A stretch of 64,000 nucleotides of DNA from an uncultured Acidimicrobiia bacterium. GTDB taxonomy: Bacteria > Actinomycetota > Acidimicrobiia > Acidimicrobiales > AC-14. The stretch lies in assembly GCA_963836205.1 (NCBI GenBank), contig CAWIIV010000007.1, positions 64,001 to 128,000 on the forward strand. The letters are read 5' to 3'. The translations under genes were made by a program, and so were the position numbers. The notes beneath the pieces are model-generated. The model did no database searches and was not told the origin of the DNA. It saw only the letters and a program-made list of their open reading frames with translations. Of this stretch, positions 9,578 to 20,380 are shown piece after piece; position 1 is the first letter of the stretch; the number at the start of each line of letters is the position of its first letter.

Positions 9578-12500
9578 GTGCGGATCTCTCTCAGCGGTCC
9601 CATGTCGATCGAGCTCGGCGACACCGTGGTGGAGGAGAATCGCCTCGGTGGGGCCCGGGCCCGGCTGGCCTTCGCGGTCCTCGTCCTCGAGCGGCCCCGG
9701 CCCGTCGACCGCCACCATCTGGCCGAGGTCTTGTGGCCCGACGCGCTCCCCGCCTCCTGGGAGGCGGCGCTGCGGGTCGTCATGAGCCGGGTGCGGGCCT
9801 TTCTCGGCGCCGCCGGCCTGCCCGCCGCTCAGGTCCTCACCAACAGCTACGGCTGCTACCGGTTGAGCCTGCCCGACGACGTCGTGGTCGACGTGGAGGT
9901 GGCCGCGGCGGCGGTGGAGGCGGCCGAGGCGGCCTGGGCTGCGGGGGCGCCGGAGCCGGCCCTCGCCGCGTCCGCCGAGGTGCGGGCCATCACCGCCCGG
10001 CCGTTCATCGGCGGGGCCGAGGGCGAGTGGACCGACGCCGTCCGGCGCCGCCTGGGCGCGCAGCGGGCGCGGGCCCTCGACGTCATGGTGCGGGCCTCGA
10101 TTCACCTCGGGGACGCGGCGCTGGCCATCGACGCGGCCCAGGAGTTGCTGAGCCTCGACCCTTACCGCGACACCAGCCACGTCCTGATCATGCAGGCCCA
10201 CCGGGCGGCCGGGAACCGGGCCGAGGCGCTGCGGGCCTACGGCTGGTGCCGCCACGTGCTGGCCGAGGAGCTGGGCGTCGACCCGTCCCCCGAGACCGAG
10301 TCCCTCTACCGCTCGCTCCTGCGGGAGGAGCACGGAGGCGACGCGGGCCGCGACGCGGTGTGGCTGCCCTCGTCCGCCGACCGGCCGCCCGACAACCTCC
10401 CGTCCCGGCTCAGCACCTTCGTCGGTCGCGACCGGGAGCTGCGGGAGATCGGGAAGCTGCTGGAGGGAGAGCGCCTGGTCACCCTCACCGGCCCCGCGGG
10501 ATCCGGCAAGACCCGCCTGGCCCTCGAGGTCACGTCCCGCTCACTGGCCGCCCATGCCGACGGCACGTGGTTCGTCGACCTGGGCCGGCTGTCCGACGAG
10601 GCCCTGGTGGCCCGGGCTTTCGCGGCGGCGGTGGGGGTGGTGGAGCAGCCCCCCCGGGCCCTCGTCGACACGCTCGTCGACCACCTCCGGCCCCGGGATG
10701 CGATCCTCGTGGTCGACAACTGCGAGCACGTGTTGGACGCAGCCGCCACCCTGGTCGATGCCCTCCTCCGGACCTGTCCCCTGCTGTGGGTGCTCGCCAC
10801 CAGCCGGGAGCCGCTGGGCGTCCCCGGTGAGGTCGTGTGGCGGGTGCCGCCGTTGTCGACCCCGGAGCCAGGAGCGGCAGCCGGTTCCATCGAGGCCCTG
10901 TTGGAGTACGAGGCGCCCCGGCTGTTCGTCGATCGCAGCCGGGCCCTGGCCGCCGACCGGGCGCTCACCGACGCCGACGCCCACGCCCTGGCCCAGATCT
11001 GCGTCCGCCTCGACGGCATCCCCCTCGCCATCGAGCTGGCCGCGGCCTGCACCACTGCCCTGAGCGTGGAGCAGATCTCCCTCCGCCTCGACGACCGCTT
11101 CCGGCTGCTCACCCTCGGCCCCCGCACCGCCCAGGCCCGCCACCAGACCCTCCAGCGGGCGGTGGAGTGGAGCCACGACCTGCTCACGCCCCGCCACCAG
11201 GTGCTGCTGCGGCGCCTGTCGGTGCTGGCCGGCGGCTTTACCCTGGAGGCGGCGGAGGACGTCGGCGCCGGGGGCGACCCGGCGGGCGATGGCCGTGCTG
11301 CCGGTGTCGAAATCGGCCGGGCCGACGTCCTCGACCTGCTCATCGGGCTGGTCAACGCGTCGTTGGTGGTCAGCCGCATCGCCGGCGGCCCGGCCCGCTA
11401 CGGGTTCCTGGAGACCATCCGCCACTTCGCCCGCGACCGGCTGGTGGAGTCGGATGAGGAGGCCGCAATCCGCGACGCCCACCTGGCGTGGTGCGTCTCG
11501 CTGGCGACGGAGGCGGAGCCGGAGCTGAGCGGGCCCGACCAGGAGGCGTGGTTCCGGCGGGTCGACGTCGAGCTCGACAACCTCCGGGGCGCCCTCGATT
11601 GGGCCTGCCGCCAGGGGGCAGCCGCGCCCGCCGTCCGCATCGCGGGTGCGCTCACCCTCTACTGGCACGTGCGGGGCTACTACCCGGAGGGTCGGCGGTG
11701 GACGGAGGCGGCCCTGGCCATCGGCGGCGACGTCCCGCCTCTTCTGCGGGCCAGGGCGCTGTGGGAACTCGGGTTCCTGTCCTTCTATCTGGGCGACGTC
11801 GCCGTCACCGTTCCCGCCATCGAGGAATGCCTGGGCCTGGCCCGGGCCGAGGGGGCGGCGGTGGAGACGGCTCGGGCGCTGGCCATGATGGGCGACCTGG
11901 CCGCGGCCCAGGACGTGCCTGCGGCCCACTCGATCCTCGCCGAGAGCGTGGATCTGGCTCGCAGCACGGGCGACTCGTGGTGCCTCTCCTACTCGCTGGC
12001 CAGCCGGGCGTGGGCCGAGTTCTACCGGGGCCCGTCGGCGGCGGGCCGGCGCTTCATCGAAGAGGCGATGGAGGTCGCCCGCCGGGCCGACGACACCCGC
12101 AACCTGCTGCGGGGCTCGGTGTGCATGGCCTGGGGCGCCCTCCTGGAAGGCGATTTCTCCACCGGCGGCGCCGCCGAGCAGGCGCTCGACCTGGGCTCCA
12201 CCCTGGCTCGGCGCCTGGGCGACCTGGGCTGGACCGGGCTCACGCTCCACGGCCAGGGCGAGCTCGCCTGGCGCCGGGGCGACTACGACCGCGCCGGTCG
12301 CCTGCTGGAGGAGAGCGCCGAGATCGGCCGCCGGCTGGGCTCGCCCTACGCCCTGGCCCCGCCGTACGGGCTGCTCGGGCGCCGGGCCAAGGCCATGGGC
12401 GACCTGGACGAGGCGGCCACCTGGTTCGAGGCTGCCCTCGACCTCTCCCGCCAGGCGGGGATCCACCTGTTCGTCCCGTGGTGGGTCGGGGGTCGGGCCG

Positions 12501-12991
12501 ACGTCTACCGGCTGGCGGGCGACCACGAGTCCGCCCGCACGTGGCTGGCCGAGGCCCGCTCGCTGGCGGAGGCGGTGGGCAACGAGCCGGTGGTGGCCCA
12601 CACCGTCTGGGCCCGCGGCGAGATGGCCCGGGTCGAGGGCCGGGTGGGCGAGGCCGACGGCCTGCACCGGGAGGCGCTGCGGCGGGCGCAGGCGGTGGGC
12701 GACGGGAATGCCATCCTCGACTCCCTCGAGGCCCTGGCCGGGCTGGCCGCCGCTCGGGGCCAGGCGGCACGCGCCGTCCGCCTGCTGGCCGCGGCCGGCG
12801 CCCACCGGTCGCTCACCCGCTGCGCCCGGGCCGCCGTGGCCCGAGCGGGCTACGACGCCGACCTGGCCGCGGCCCGGGCCGGCCTGTCCGACGACGCCTT
12901 CGCCCAGGCGTGGGCCGAGGGCCAACGGCTGTCCCGAGTCGACGCGGTTGCCCTCGCCCTGGGCGACGTCGACCGGCCGGCCGCGGTTTGA
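9578..12991 (+). CDS. AfsR/SARP-type regulator (wHTH-BTAD-ATPase-TPR)
   Basis: BTAD (LDPYRD...ELGVDPSPE), Walker A GPAGSGKT, VDNCEH, LATSRE, LDGIPLAIELAAA, TPR-like C-terminus. Confidence 0.9.
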   Translation: MRISLSGPMSIELGDTVVEENRLGGARARLAFAVLVLERPRPVDRHHLAEVLWPDALPASWEAALRVVMSRVRAFLGAAGLPAAQVLTNSYGCYRLSLPDDVVVDVEVAAAAVEAAEAAWAAGAPEPALAASAEVRAITARPFIGGAEGEWTDAVRRRLGAQRARALDVMVRASIHLGDAALAIDAAQELLSLDPYRDTSHVLIMQAHRAAGNRAEALRAYGWCRHVLAEELGVDPSPETESLYRSLLREEHGGDAGRDAVWLPSSADRPPDNLPSRLSTFVGRDRELREIGKLLEGERLVTLTGPAGSGKTRLALEVTSRSLAAHADGTWFVDLGRLSDEALVARAFAAAVGVVEQPPRALVDTLVDHLRPRDAILVVDNCEHVLDAAATLVDALLRTCPLLWVLATSREPLGVPGEVVWRVPPLSTPEPGAAAGSIEALLEYEAPRLFVDRSRALAADRALTDADAHALAQICVRLDGIPLAIELAAACTTALSVEQISLRLDDRFRLLTLGPRTAQARHQTLQRAVEWSHDLLTPRHQVLLRRLSVLAGGFTLEAAEDVGAGGDPAGDGRAAGVEIGRADVLDLLIGLVNASLVVSRIAGGPARYGFLETIRHFARDRLVESDEEAAIRDAHLAWCVSLATEAEPELSGPDQEAWFRRVDVELDNLRGALDWACRQGAAAPAVRIAGALTLYWHVRGYYPEGRRWTEAALAIGGDVPPLLRARALWELGFLSFYLGDVAVTVPAIEECLGLARAEGAAVETARALAMMGDLAAAQDVPAAHSILAESVDLARSTGDSWCLSYSLASRAWAEFYRGPSAAGRRFIEEAMEVARRADDTRNLLRGSVCMAWGALLEGDFSTGGAAEQALDLGSTLARRLGDLGWTGLTLHGQGELAWRRGDYDRAGRLLEESAEIGRRLGSPYALAPPYGLLGRRAKAMGDLDEAATWFEAALDLSRQAGIHLFVPWWVGGRADVYRLAGDHESARTWLAEARSLAEAVGNEPVVAHTVWARGEMARVEGRVGEADGLHREALRRAQAVGDGNAILDSLEALAGLAAARGQAARAVRLLAAAGAHRSLTRCARAAVARAGYDADLAAARAGLSDDAFAQAWAEGQRLSRVDAVALALGDVDRPAAV

Positions 12992-13013
12992 GCGAATCGA
13001 AGACGGGAGGAAC

Positions 13014-13262
13014 GTGGCCGAGAGCCTGCAGGAGGCCCGCAAGAAGCTGGAGGACGAGTTCGGGCAGGTGCGGCGGCATCTGGACAAGATCCACGACGCC
13101 CTCGACCGGGTGGAGGCGGCCGGTCCCGAGGACGACCTCACGGGGTTGCTCGACGACCTGGAGAAGGTGGTGAAGGAGATGCGCGACGGCGGCGTTCTCG
13201 GCTCCGGCGCCCACGGCCACAAGCGGGCCCGCAAGGAGTACCTGAAGCTCAAGGAAGGCTGA
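13014..13262 (+). CDS. small helical hypothetical protein
   Basis: GGAGGA RBS before GTG; coiled-coil-like sequence with coding-type codon bias. Confidence 0.7.
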   Translation: MAESLQEARKKLEDEFGQVRRHLDKIHDALDRVEAAGPEDDLTGLLDDLEKVVKEMRDGGVLGSGAHGHKRARKEYLKLKEG

Positions 13263-13431
13263 CCGCCGGGAGGAGGGGTGGCGACGGTCCGAGGAGGCCG
13301 GGAGGGAGTCCTGCGCAGCGGGTGTTCGCGTAGGTTGCCTTGGGAGTACCGGCCTCCCCAGGCCGTCGCATCAAAACACGTCGTCAACTCGGGCCCGCGG
13401 CTTGAGCGAAAACTCACGGTAGGTTCGGCCC

Positions 13432-13638
13432 GTGTTCCTGGGTGAAGACCTCCTGCCCTACCTCCTGCTCGCCCTCGGCGGGGCCCTGGTGTTCGGCAAC
13501 GTGCTCGCCCTCGCCCGGCCGCCCCGGGAGGCCAAGGACGGCGACCTGCCCCGCCCACCCCTCGGCCGGAGCGTCGTGATGATCGTCATCGGCCTGGTGA
13601 CGGCCATCTGGGCGCTGGCCAGCCTCGTCTCCGGCTGA
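13432..13638 (+). CDS. small two-TM membrane protein
   Basis: TAGGTT-N6-GTG leaderless pattern; two hydrophobic helices. Confidence 0.7.
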   Translation: MFLGEDLLPYLLLALGGALVFGNVLALARPPREAKDGDLPRPPLGRSVVMIVIGLVTAIWALASLVSG

Positions 13639-13671
13639 CCTCAGCCCGTCCGCCTCGCGGGCTTGCGGTCG

Positions 13672-13716
13672 TGGGCATGAAAAGGGGTGTCTGACGCACC
13701 TTTTCCTGCCCAAGAA
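13672..13716. repeat. 45-bp palindromic element, copy 1 (REP-like)
   Basis: TGGGCATGAAAAGGGGTGTCTGACGCACCTTTTCCTGCCCAAGAA; 38/45 identical to 20283-20327. Confidence 0.75.
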
Positions 13717-13833
13717 GGTTGATCGCGTCGCGTGATCGCCGACGCCTGACACGCCAGAGGACGGTCGGCCGGACTCGTCCCGCCCCGGACTCGACGCGCC
13801 GTCGGGCTGCCGCCCGCCCTGTCGCCGATTCGC

Positions 13834-14691
13834 TCAGGTGCCGGCGGCCGCCTGCTCGAGGGCGGTGGCCTGGCGTTCGGCCTCGTGGGCCGCGTCGCGC
13901 AGCTCGCGGGCGGCCCGGCGGGAGTCGACGGCCGTCTTGCGAGCCCGGATCACCTCCTCCTCCAGCCGTTCACGTTCGCGCTCGGCGTGCTCGGCCGCGT
14001 CCCGGGCCTGGTCGGCGAGGGTCCGGGCCCGGGTGGCCGCGGTCCGGGCCGTCACCGCCCGCTGGCGGGCCTCCTCCGCCCGCCGGGCCCGTTCCGCCGC
14101 CACCCGCTCCGCCTCCTCGTCCGCGGGCGGGGTGGTGGTGGCCTTGGCCTTGGCCGGCGGGGCGACAGGGCGCGGCGTGGGCGTGGTCGCCGTTGCCGTC
14201 CAGTCGAGCTCGCCGAAGCCGCTCGGCGGATCGAGCTCCTTGGACAGGCGGCCGGCGACCACGTCGGCGGCCACGTCGGGATCGAGGGAGGCGGCGTCGA
14301 GGGTGGCCGCGATCCCGTCCCGGTGGGCGTCGCCCGATCGTCCCGACTCGGTGAGGATGGCGACCGCCCGGTCGGCCAGGTCGGCGATGGCCTCCCGGCG
14401 GCGGCGTCCGGCGGCGGCGGTGTCGTCGTCGCGCCCGCCGGACAGCAGCCGCTCGTGCGCCCGCCGCAGCTCCGCGCCCCGCTCGACCAAGCCGTCCAGC
14501 TCGTCGGGGTGGCGGCGGGCCAGCTGGTTCACGGCCCAGGCGGCCGCCGTCGGCCGTCGCAGCCCGGCCACCTCCGCCGCGCCCGCCTTGTCGCCCTCCG
14601 CCCGCATCCGCTTCACCAGCGCCTGGCGGGCGGCGACGAACTGGTCCGGGTCGGCCGCGTAGAGAGCGTCGACGTCGTCCTCGACCGCCAT
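13834..14691 (-). CDS. conserved actinobacterial coiled-coil hypothetical protein
   Basis: LYAADPDQFVAARQAL...LRRPTAAAWAVNQL pattern; TAAGGT-N6-ATG. Confidence 0.75.
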   Translation of the reverse strand: MAVEDDVDALYAADPDQFVAARQALVKRMRAEGDKAGAAEVAGLRRPTAAAWAVNQLARRHPDELDGLVERGAELRRAHERLLSGGRDDDTAAAGRRRREAIADLADRAVAILTESGRSGDAHRDGIAATLDAASLDPDVAADVVAGRLSKELDPPSGFGELDWTATATTPTPRPVAPPAKAKATTTPPADEEAERVAAERARRAEEARQRAVTARTAATRARTLADQARDAAEHAERERERLEEEVIRARKTAVDSRRAARELRDAAHEAERQATALEQAAAGT

Positions 14692-14700
14692 CGGGCGACC

Positions 14701-15081
14701 TTACGCCGGGGGCGCCAGCCGGTCGAGGAGCCAGGTGGGCCCCACCACGTCGGCCCCCGCCCGCCGGGCTCGTTGTCCCAGCTCCCGGTCGGCCGACACC
14801 AGCGTCACCAGCTGACCGCCGCCGGTCAGGGCCGCGGCCAGGGCGGCCATGGTGTCGTCGCCCTCACCCCGGGCGTGGACGACCTCCACCCCGCCGACCG
14901 TCCCCTCCTCCACGCCCCGCCGGGCGGCACCCTCCAACACCACGACCACCGGTGTCTCCAGGCGCCCGCCCTCGGCCGCCGCCCGCACCTGGTCGACGAA
15001 CGTGCGGGCCGCGCCCGCCCGGTCGCGCCACCATCCCGTGGGGCGGGAGCCGACCACGTTGGCCGCGTCGACGAGGAGCAT
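14701..15081 (-). CDS. NYN/YacP-like PIN-fold protein
   Basis: LLVDAANVVGSRPTGWWRDR...VVLEG...GDD...LVSADREL. Confidence 0.75.
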   Translation of the reverse strand: MLLVDAANVVGSRPTGWWRDRAGAARTFVDQVRAAAEGGRLETPVVVVLEGAARRGVEEGTVGGVEVVHARGEGDDTMAALAAALTGGGQLVTLVSADRELGQRARRAGADVVGPTWLLDRLAPPA

Positions 15082-15106
15082 CCGGTCGACCTACCGGCGG
15101 GTCGCC

Positions 15107-15934
15107 CTACCGGCGCGTCGCGTAGCCGGCGGCGACGTTGAGGAGGGTGAGGGCGGCGGCGTCGACCGTGACGTGGGCCACGTCGGCCGTGGGATCGACT
15201 TCCACGATGTCGACCGCCCGCACCGACGGGTGGGCGCCGGCGGCGTAGGCGGCGTCGAACACCTCGCCCGGCCGGGCGCCCCCCGGCCGCGAACCCGGGC
15301 AGCCGGGGGCGAAGGCCCGGTCGAGGACGTCGAGGTCGATGTCGACGTAGATGGCGTCGCACCGCCCGGCGAGGATGTCGAGCAGGTCGGGTACGTCCTC
15401 CAGCCGGTTGGGCCCGAGGACGGTGATGCCCGCGGCCAGGCACCACTCGAAGTGGGCCCGGGAGTTGGAGAACCCGTTGATACCAACCTGGATGACGTTG
15501 CCCCCGGGCAGGCCGGCGTCGACCAGCGCCCGCACCGGCGACCCGTTGCCGACCGACCCCGGTTGGTACGGCCGGACGTCGTGGTGGGCGTCGAGCGTGA
15601 GCAGGCCCACCCGATCGAGCTCGGCGCCGGCGAGGGCGTGGAACGTCACCCCGTTGTGCCCGCCCAGGAGGACGGTGAGGGGGGCGGCGAGGGGCGGGGG
15701 CCGCACGTCGTCGCCCACGTCACGCACCTCGACGTGCTCCAGGTCGACCCGCCGAGGGCTTAGCCACGTCGACAGCTTCGCCAGCCGTTCACGCACCGCG
15801 GCCGGCGCCAGGTCGTAGCGCGACGCGGTGACCGCGTGCTCCACGAGGGGAACGCCCGCCACCACCAGGGCGTCGGGGTCGTCGCTCCCGCGGGCCAGCC
15901 ACTCCGACGCCCGGGGCCAGTCGGCCGCATTCAT
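15107..15934 (-). CDS. hutG: formimidoylglutamase (arginase family)
   Basis: LDAHHD, DIDLDVLD, APGCPGSRPGG, DIVEVDP motifs; last gene of the hut run. Confidence 0.85.
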   Translation of the reverse strand: MNAADWPRASEWLARGSDDPDALVVAGVPLVEHAVTASRYDLAPAAVRERLAKLSTWLSPRRVDLEHVEVRDVGDDVRPPPLAAPLTVLLGGHNGVTFHALAGAELDRVGLLTLDAHHDVRPYQPGSVGNGSPVRALVDAGLPGGNVIQVGINGFSNSRAHFEWCLAAGITVLGPNRLEDVPDLLDILAGRCDAIYVDIDLDVLDRAFAPGCPGSRPGGARPGEVFDAAYAAGAHPSVRAVDIVEVDPTADVAHVTVDAAALTLLNVAAGYATRR

Positions 15935-17082
15935 GCGACGACCCGCCCGTCCTTCACGACCGCGTGCACCAGGGGCATGCCCGGCCGGTAGGCGAGGTCG
16001 GCCCACCGGTCGCTGTCGAGGACCACCAGGTCGCCCCGCGCCCCCGGTCGGAGGTGTCCGACATCGCCCCGCCGGAGGGCCTTGGCCCCACCTTCGGTGG
16101 CGGCCCGCACCGCCTCGTCGGCGGTCAGCCCGTAGGCGCTGCACGCGAGGGCGATCACGAAAGGCATCGACGTGGTGTTCGACGTGCCCGGGTTGCAGTC
16201 GGTGCCGAGGGCGAGGGTCACGCCCCCATCGTGCAGCATCCGGGCGGGGGCGTAGCCCGACCGCAGGGAGAACGACGTGGCCGGCAGCAGGACGGCCACC
16301 ACCCCGGCCGCGGCCAACGCCCGGGCGTCGGCCTCGTCGACGAGCACCAGGTGGTCGGCCGACAGGCAGTGCAGCTCCGCCGCCAGCTTGGCCCCGCCGG
16401 TGTGGGCCAGCTCCTCGGCGTGGATGCGCGGCGCCAGCCCGTGGCGTTGCCCCGCCTCCAGCACCCGGCGGGCCTGGTCGACCGTCAGCGCCCCCTCGTC
16501 ACAGAAGGCGTCGCAGCTCACGGCCAGGCCGGCGCAGGCGGGCAGCATCTCGTCCACCACCAGGTCGAGGTAGTCGGGGTCGGGGGCGAGGTGGGCGCCC
16601 AGGAACGTGGGAACCAGCTCGGCCGGCGTGCGGGCGTCGGCCGCCGCGATCACCTCCAGCAGCCGCCGCTCGTGGGTGACGTCGAGCCCGTAGCCGGACT
16701 TGACCTCGATGGTCGTGGTCCCCGTGGCCAGCGCCGCCGCCGCCCGCCCGACCACGCCCTCGACCAGCTCCTCGAACGGCGCCGCCCGGGTGGCAGCCAC
16801 CGTCCGCATGATCCCCCCGGCGGCGTACGGCCGCCCGGCCAGCCGGGCCTCGAACTCGTCGCACCGGTCGCCGGCGAAGACGAGGTGGGTGTGGGCGTCG
16901 ACGAAGCCGGGGATCACCGCCCGCCCGCCGGCATCGAGCTCGGGCAGGTCGAGGTCGACCGTGACGTCGGCGTCGGCCACGACCCGCTCGACGACCCCGC
17001 CCCGCACCACGATCGCCGACGGCCCGTCATCGCGGCGGTAGCCGAACACCCGCCCCGCCCGTCGAACGACGAGGTCAGCCAT
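15931..17082 (-). CDS. hutI: imidazolonepropionase
   Basis: [47 protein letters not shown]. Confidence 0.95.
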   Translation of the reverse strand: MADLVVRRAGRVFGYRRDDGPSAIVVRGGVVERVVADADVTVDLDLPELDAGGRAVIPGFVDAHTHLVFAGDRCDEFEARLAGRPYAAGGIMRTVAATRAAPFEELVEGVVGRAAAALATGTTTIEVKSGYGLDVTHERRLLEVIAAADARTPAELVPTFLGAHLAPDPDYLDLVVDEMLPACAGLAVSCDAFCDEGALTVDQARRVLEAGQRHGLAPRIHAEELAHTGGAKLAAELHCLSADHLVLVDEADARALAAAGVVAVLLPATSFSLRSGYAPARMLHDGGVTLALGTDCNPGTSNTTSMPFVIALACSAYGLTADEAVRAATEGGAKALRRGDVGHLRPGARGDLVVLDSDRWADLAYRPGMPLVHAVVKDGRVVA

Positions 17083-18715
17083 CGGCCATCGGCACCCGTA
17101 CGCCCTTCGCGGCGGCGACGTCCCGGGCCCGGTCGTAGCCGGCGTCGGCATGCCGCATGACGCCGGTGGCGGGGTCGTTCCACAACATCAGCTCGGCTCG
17201 CCGGGCAGCGTCGTCCGACCCGTCGACCACCAGTTGGGCCCCGGCGTGGATCGACTTGCCCATCCCCACGCCCCCGCCGTGGTGGACGGCCACCCACGAC
17301 GCCCCCGAGGCTGTGTTCAGCAGGGCGTTGAGGATGGGCCAGTCGGCGATGGCGTCGGACCCGTCGGCCATGGCCTCGGTCTCCCGGTAGGGCGACGCCA
17401 CCGACCCCGCGTCGAGGTGGTCGCGGCCGATGACGATGGGCGCCTTCACGTCTCCCCGCCGCACCAACTCGTTGAACAGGACCCCGGCCCGGTCGCGCTC
17501 GCCCAGGCCCAGCCAGCAGATGCGGGCGGGCAGCCCCTGGAACCGCACCCGGGCCGGCGCCAGCTCCAGCCACCGCTGCAACAGGGGGTCGTCGGGGAAG
17601 GCGGCCGCCGCCGCGGCATCGGTGACGGCGATGTCGGCCGGGTCTCCGGACAGGGCCACCCACCGGAACGGACCCTTGCCCTCGCAGAACAGCGGGCGCA
17701 GGTAGGCGGGCACGAAGCCGGGGTACCCGAAGGCGTCGGCGAAGCCACCGGTCCGGGCCTCGCCCCGCAGGTTGTTCCCGTAGTCGAACACGACCGCCCC
17801 GGCCCGCAGGAACCCCACCATGGCTTCGCAGTGGGTGGCCATCGCCGCCCGGGCCCGCCGGACGTACTCGTCGGGCTCGGCCGCCCGTAGCGCCACGGCC
17901 TCCGTCAACGTCATCCGGTTGGGGACGTAGCCGTACAGGGGATCGTGGGCGGATGTCTGGTCGGTGACCACGTCCGCCTCGAAGCCCGCGGCCAACAATG
18001 CGGGGAAGGCGTCGGCCGCGTTGGCCACCACGCCCACCGACAACGCTCGCCCCTCGGCGGCCGCGGCCCGGCAGCGACGGACGGCGTCGTCCACCGAGTC
18101 GGCCCGCTCGTCGAGGTAACCCTCGGCCAGCCGCCGCTCCACCCTCGACGGGTCGACCTCGACGCACAGGCCCACCCCACCGTTCATGGTGACGGCCAGC
18201 GGCTGTGCTCCCCCCATCCCGCCGAGGCCGGAGGTGAGCACCACCCGTCCCGCCAGCGTCCCCCCGAAGTGACGGTCGGCGACCGCGGCGAACGTCTGGA
18301 ACGTCCCCTGGAGGATCCCCTGGGTGCCGATGTAGATCCACGACCCGGCCGTCATCTGGCCGTAGGCGGTCAGCCCCAACGCCTCCAGCCGCCAGAACTC
18401 GTCCCACGTGGCCCAGTCCGGCACCAGCAGGGAGTTGGCCAGCAGCACCCGGGGGGCCATGGGATGGGTGCGGAACACGCCCACCGGCTTGCCCGACTGC
18501 ACCAGCAGGGTCTGGTCGTCCTCCAGGGCGGTCAGCTCCCGGACGATGGCATGGAACGCGTCCCACGACCGGGCTGCCTTCCCCCGCCCGCCGTACACGA
18601 TCAGGTCTTCCGGACGCTCGGCCACCTCGGGGTCGAGGTTGTTCATCAGGCACCGCAGCGCCCCCTCCTGGGCCCACCCCTTGCACGTCCGCTCCGGACC
18701 GCGGGCCGCCCTCAC
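17075..18715 (-). CDS. hutU: urocanate hydratase
   Basis: [56 protein letters not shown]; GTG start overlaps hutH stop. Confidence 0.97.
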   Translation of the reverse strand: MRAARGPERTCKGWAQEGALRCLMNNLDPEVAERPEDLIVYGGRGKAARSWDAFHAIVRELTALEDDQTLLVQSGKPVGVFRTHPMAPRVLLANSLLVPDWATWDEFWRLEALGLTAYGQMTAGSWIYIGTQGILQGTFQTFAAVADRHFGGTLAGRVVLTSGLGGMGGAQPLAVTMNGGVGLCVEVDPSRVERRLAEGYLDERADSVDDAVRRCRAAAAEGRALSVGVVANAADAFPALLAAGFEADVVTDQTSAHDPLYGYVPNRMTLTEAVALRAAEPDEYVRRARAAMATHCEAMVGFLRAGAVVFDYGNNLRGEARTGGFADAFGYPGFVPAYLRPLFCEGKGPFRWVALSGDPADIAVTDAAAAAAFPDDPLLQRWLELAPARVRFQGLPARICWLGLGERDRAGVLFNELVRRGDVKAPIVIGRDHLDAGSVASPYRETEAMADGSDAIADWPILNALLNTASGASWVAVHHGGGVGMGKSIHAGAQLVVDGSDDAARRAELMLWNDPATGVMRHADAGYDRARDVAAAKGVRVPMADG

Positions 18716-20262
18716 GCCAGCTCCACCGGCACCGAGCGGAGGACGGCCCCGCTGCGCACCAGTTCCTCGGCCGCGGCCAGGTCGGGCGCGAGGAAGCGGT
18801 CGACGTCCATGCGGGGGACGTGCCGGCGCAGGCACTCGAGGGCGGCCCCGGTGGCCGGACCCGGCTCCAGCCCCCGCAACTCCACCGCCTCCGCCGCGCA
18901 CACCAGCTCGATGGCCACCACCCGCATGGCGTCGGTGACGGCCGCCCGCAGCGACAGGCAGGCGTTCCACCCCATCGACACGTGGTCCTCCTGGCCGGCG
19001 GAGGTGGACACCGAGTCGCACGAGGCCGGCGTCGCCAAACCCCGCAGCCGGTTGACGAGGGCGGCCGCGGTGTAATGGGCCAGCATGAAGCCCGAGTTCA
19101 CGCCCGCCTCGGGGGCGAGGAACGGGGGCAGCCCGTCGGACCGGGACGGGTCCATGAGCCGGTCGACCCGCCGCTCGACGATCGACGCCAGGTCGGCCAG
19201 GGCGATGGTGGCGAAGTCGGCCGCGTACGCCAACGGCTGGCCGTGGAAGTTGCCCGTCGACACCACGTCGTCGGTCTCGGGGTCGTCCGACTCGGGAAAC
19301 ACGACCGGATTGTCGGTCACCGACGCCAGTTCGACCTCCACCACCCCCCGGCACCACTCGACCACGTCCCGGGCGGCGCCGTGCACCTGGGGCGCGCACC
19401 GCAGCGAGTAGGCGTCCTGCACCGCGTGCTCGACATGGCGGTGGGAGGCGACGATGGGGGATGCCTCGAGCAGGCGCCGGAGGTTGGCCGCGCTGGCCCG
19501 TTGCCCGGCGTGGGGCCGTAGGGCCTGGATGCGGTCGGCGAACGGGGCATCGGTGCCCCGCAGCGCCTCCACACTCAGGGCGCAGGTGATGTCGGCCGTC
19601 GGCAGGAGGACGTCGAGGTCGGCCAGGGCCAGGCAGAGGTGGGCGAGCATGCCCTCGGTGCCGTTGAGCAGGGCCAGCCCCTCCTTGGCCTCCAGCCGGA
19701 TGGGCTCCAGCCCGGCCGCGGCCAGGGCGGGACCGGCGTCGACCCGTTCGCCGGCGACCGTCCCATCGAGCACCCACCCCTTGCCGAGGAGGACGATGGC
19801 GGCGTGGGCCAGGGGGGCGAGGTCGCCCGACGCCCCCAGGGAGCCGATCTCGGGGACGGCCGGGGTGACGCCGGCGTTGAGGAGACCGGCGATGGCCCGC
19901 ACGAGGAGCGGTCGCACGCCCGACGCCCCCGCGGCCAGGGTGCGAGCCTTGAGCAGCTGCATGGCCCGCACCACCTCCCGGTCGACGTTCGCCCCCATGC
20001 CCGCGGCGTGGCTCTGCACGAGGGCGTACTGCACCTGGGCCACGTGCTCGGCCGGGATCCGGGTCGAGGCCAGGGCGCCGAAGCCGGTGGTCACGCCGTA
20101 GACCGTGCGCCCCTCGGCCACCGCCCGCTCGACCAGGGCCCGGGACGCGGCCATGGTCGTGTCGAGGTCGGCCGCCACCTCCACCGGCGCGCCGTCGCGA
20201 GCCACCGCCACCACGTCGGCCACCGCCAGCGGCTCCCGTCCGACGACGACCATCACGGCCAT
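18712..20262 (-). CDS. hutH: histidine ammonia-lyase
   Basis: [23 protein letters not shown] (ASG/MIO), [31 protein letters not shown]. Confidence 0.97.
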   Translation of the reverse strand: MAVMVVVGREPLAVADVVAVARDGAPVEVAADLDTTMAASRALVERAVAEGRTVYGVTTGFGALASTRIPAEHVAQVQYALVQSHAAGMGANVDREVVRAMQLLKARTLAAGASGVRPLLVRAIAGLLNAGVTPAVPEIGSLGASGDLAPLAHAAIVLLGKGWVLDGTVAGERVDAGPALAAAGLEPIRLEAKEGLALLNGTEGMLAHLCLALADLDVLLPTADITCALSVEALRGTDAPFADRIQALRPHAGQRASAANLRRLLEASPIVASHRHVEHAVQDAYSLRCAPQVHGAARDVVEWCRGVVEVELASVTDNPVVFPESDDPETDDVVSTGNFHGQPLAYAADFATIALADLASIVERRVDRLMDPSRSDGLPPFLAPEAGVNSGFMLAHYTAAALVNRLRGLATPASCDSVSTSAGQEDHVSMGWNACLSLRAAVTDAMRVVAIELVCAAEAVELRGLEPGPATGAALECLRRHVPRMDVDRFLAPDLAAAEELVRSGAVLRSVPVELA

Positions 20263-20282
20263 CTTGCCCGGACGGCCGTTCC

Positions 20283-20327
20283 TGGGCATGAAAAGGGGCG
20301 CCAGGCACCCCTTTTCGTGCCCAAGAA
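20283..20327. repeat. 45-bp palindromic element, copy 2 (REP-like or operator)
   Basis: TGGGCATGAAAAGGGGCGCCAGGCACCCCTTTTCGTGCCCAAGAA in the hutH/glpX divergent gap. Confidence 0.75.
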
Positions 20328-20380
20328 CCCAGCCTGATGCCCTGGTCGGACCCGTCGGCGGCCCCGGGTAGTGTCCGAAG

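Noticed and set aside
10541-13558. 1005-aa minus-strand ORF
   Set aside because: Antisense shadow of the SARP regulator; no motifs
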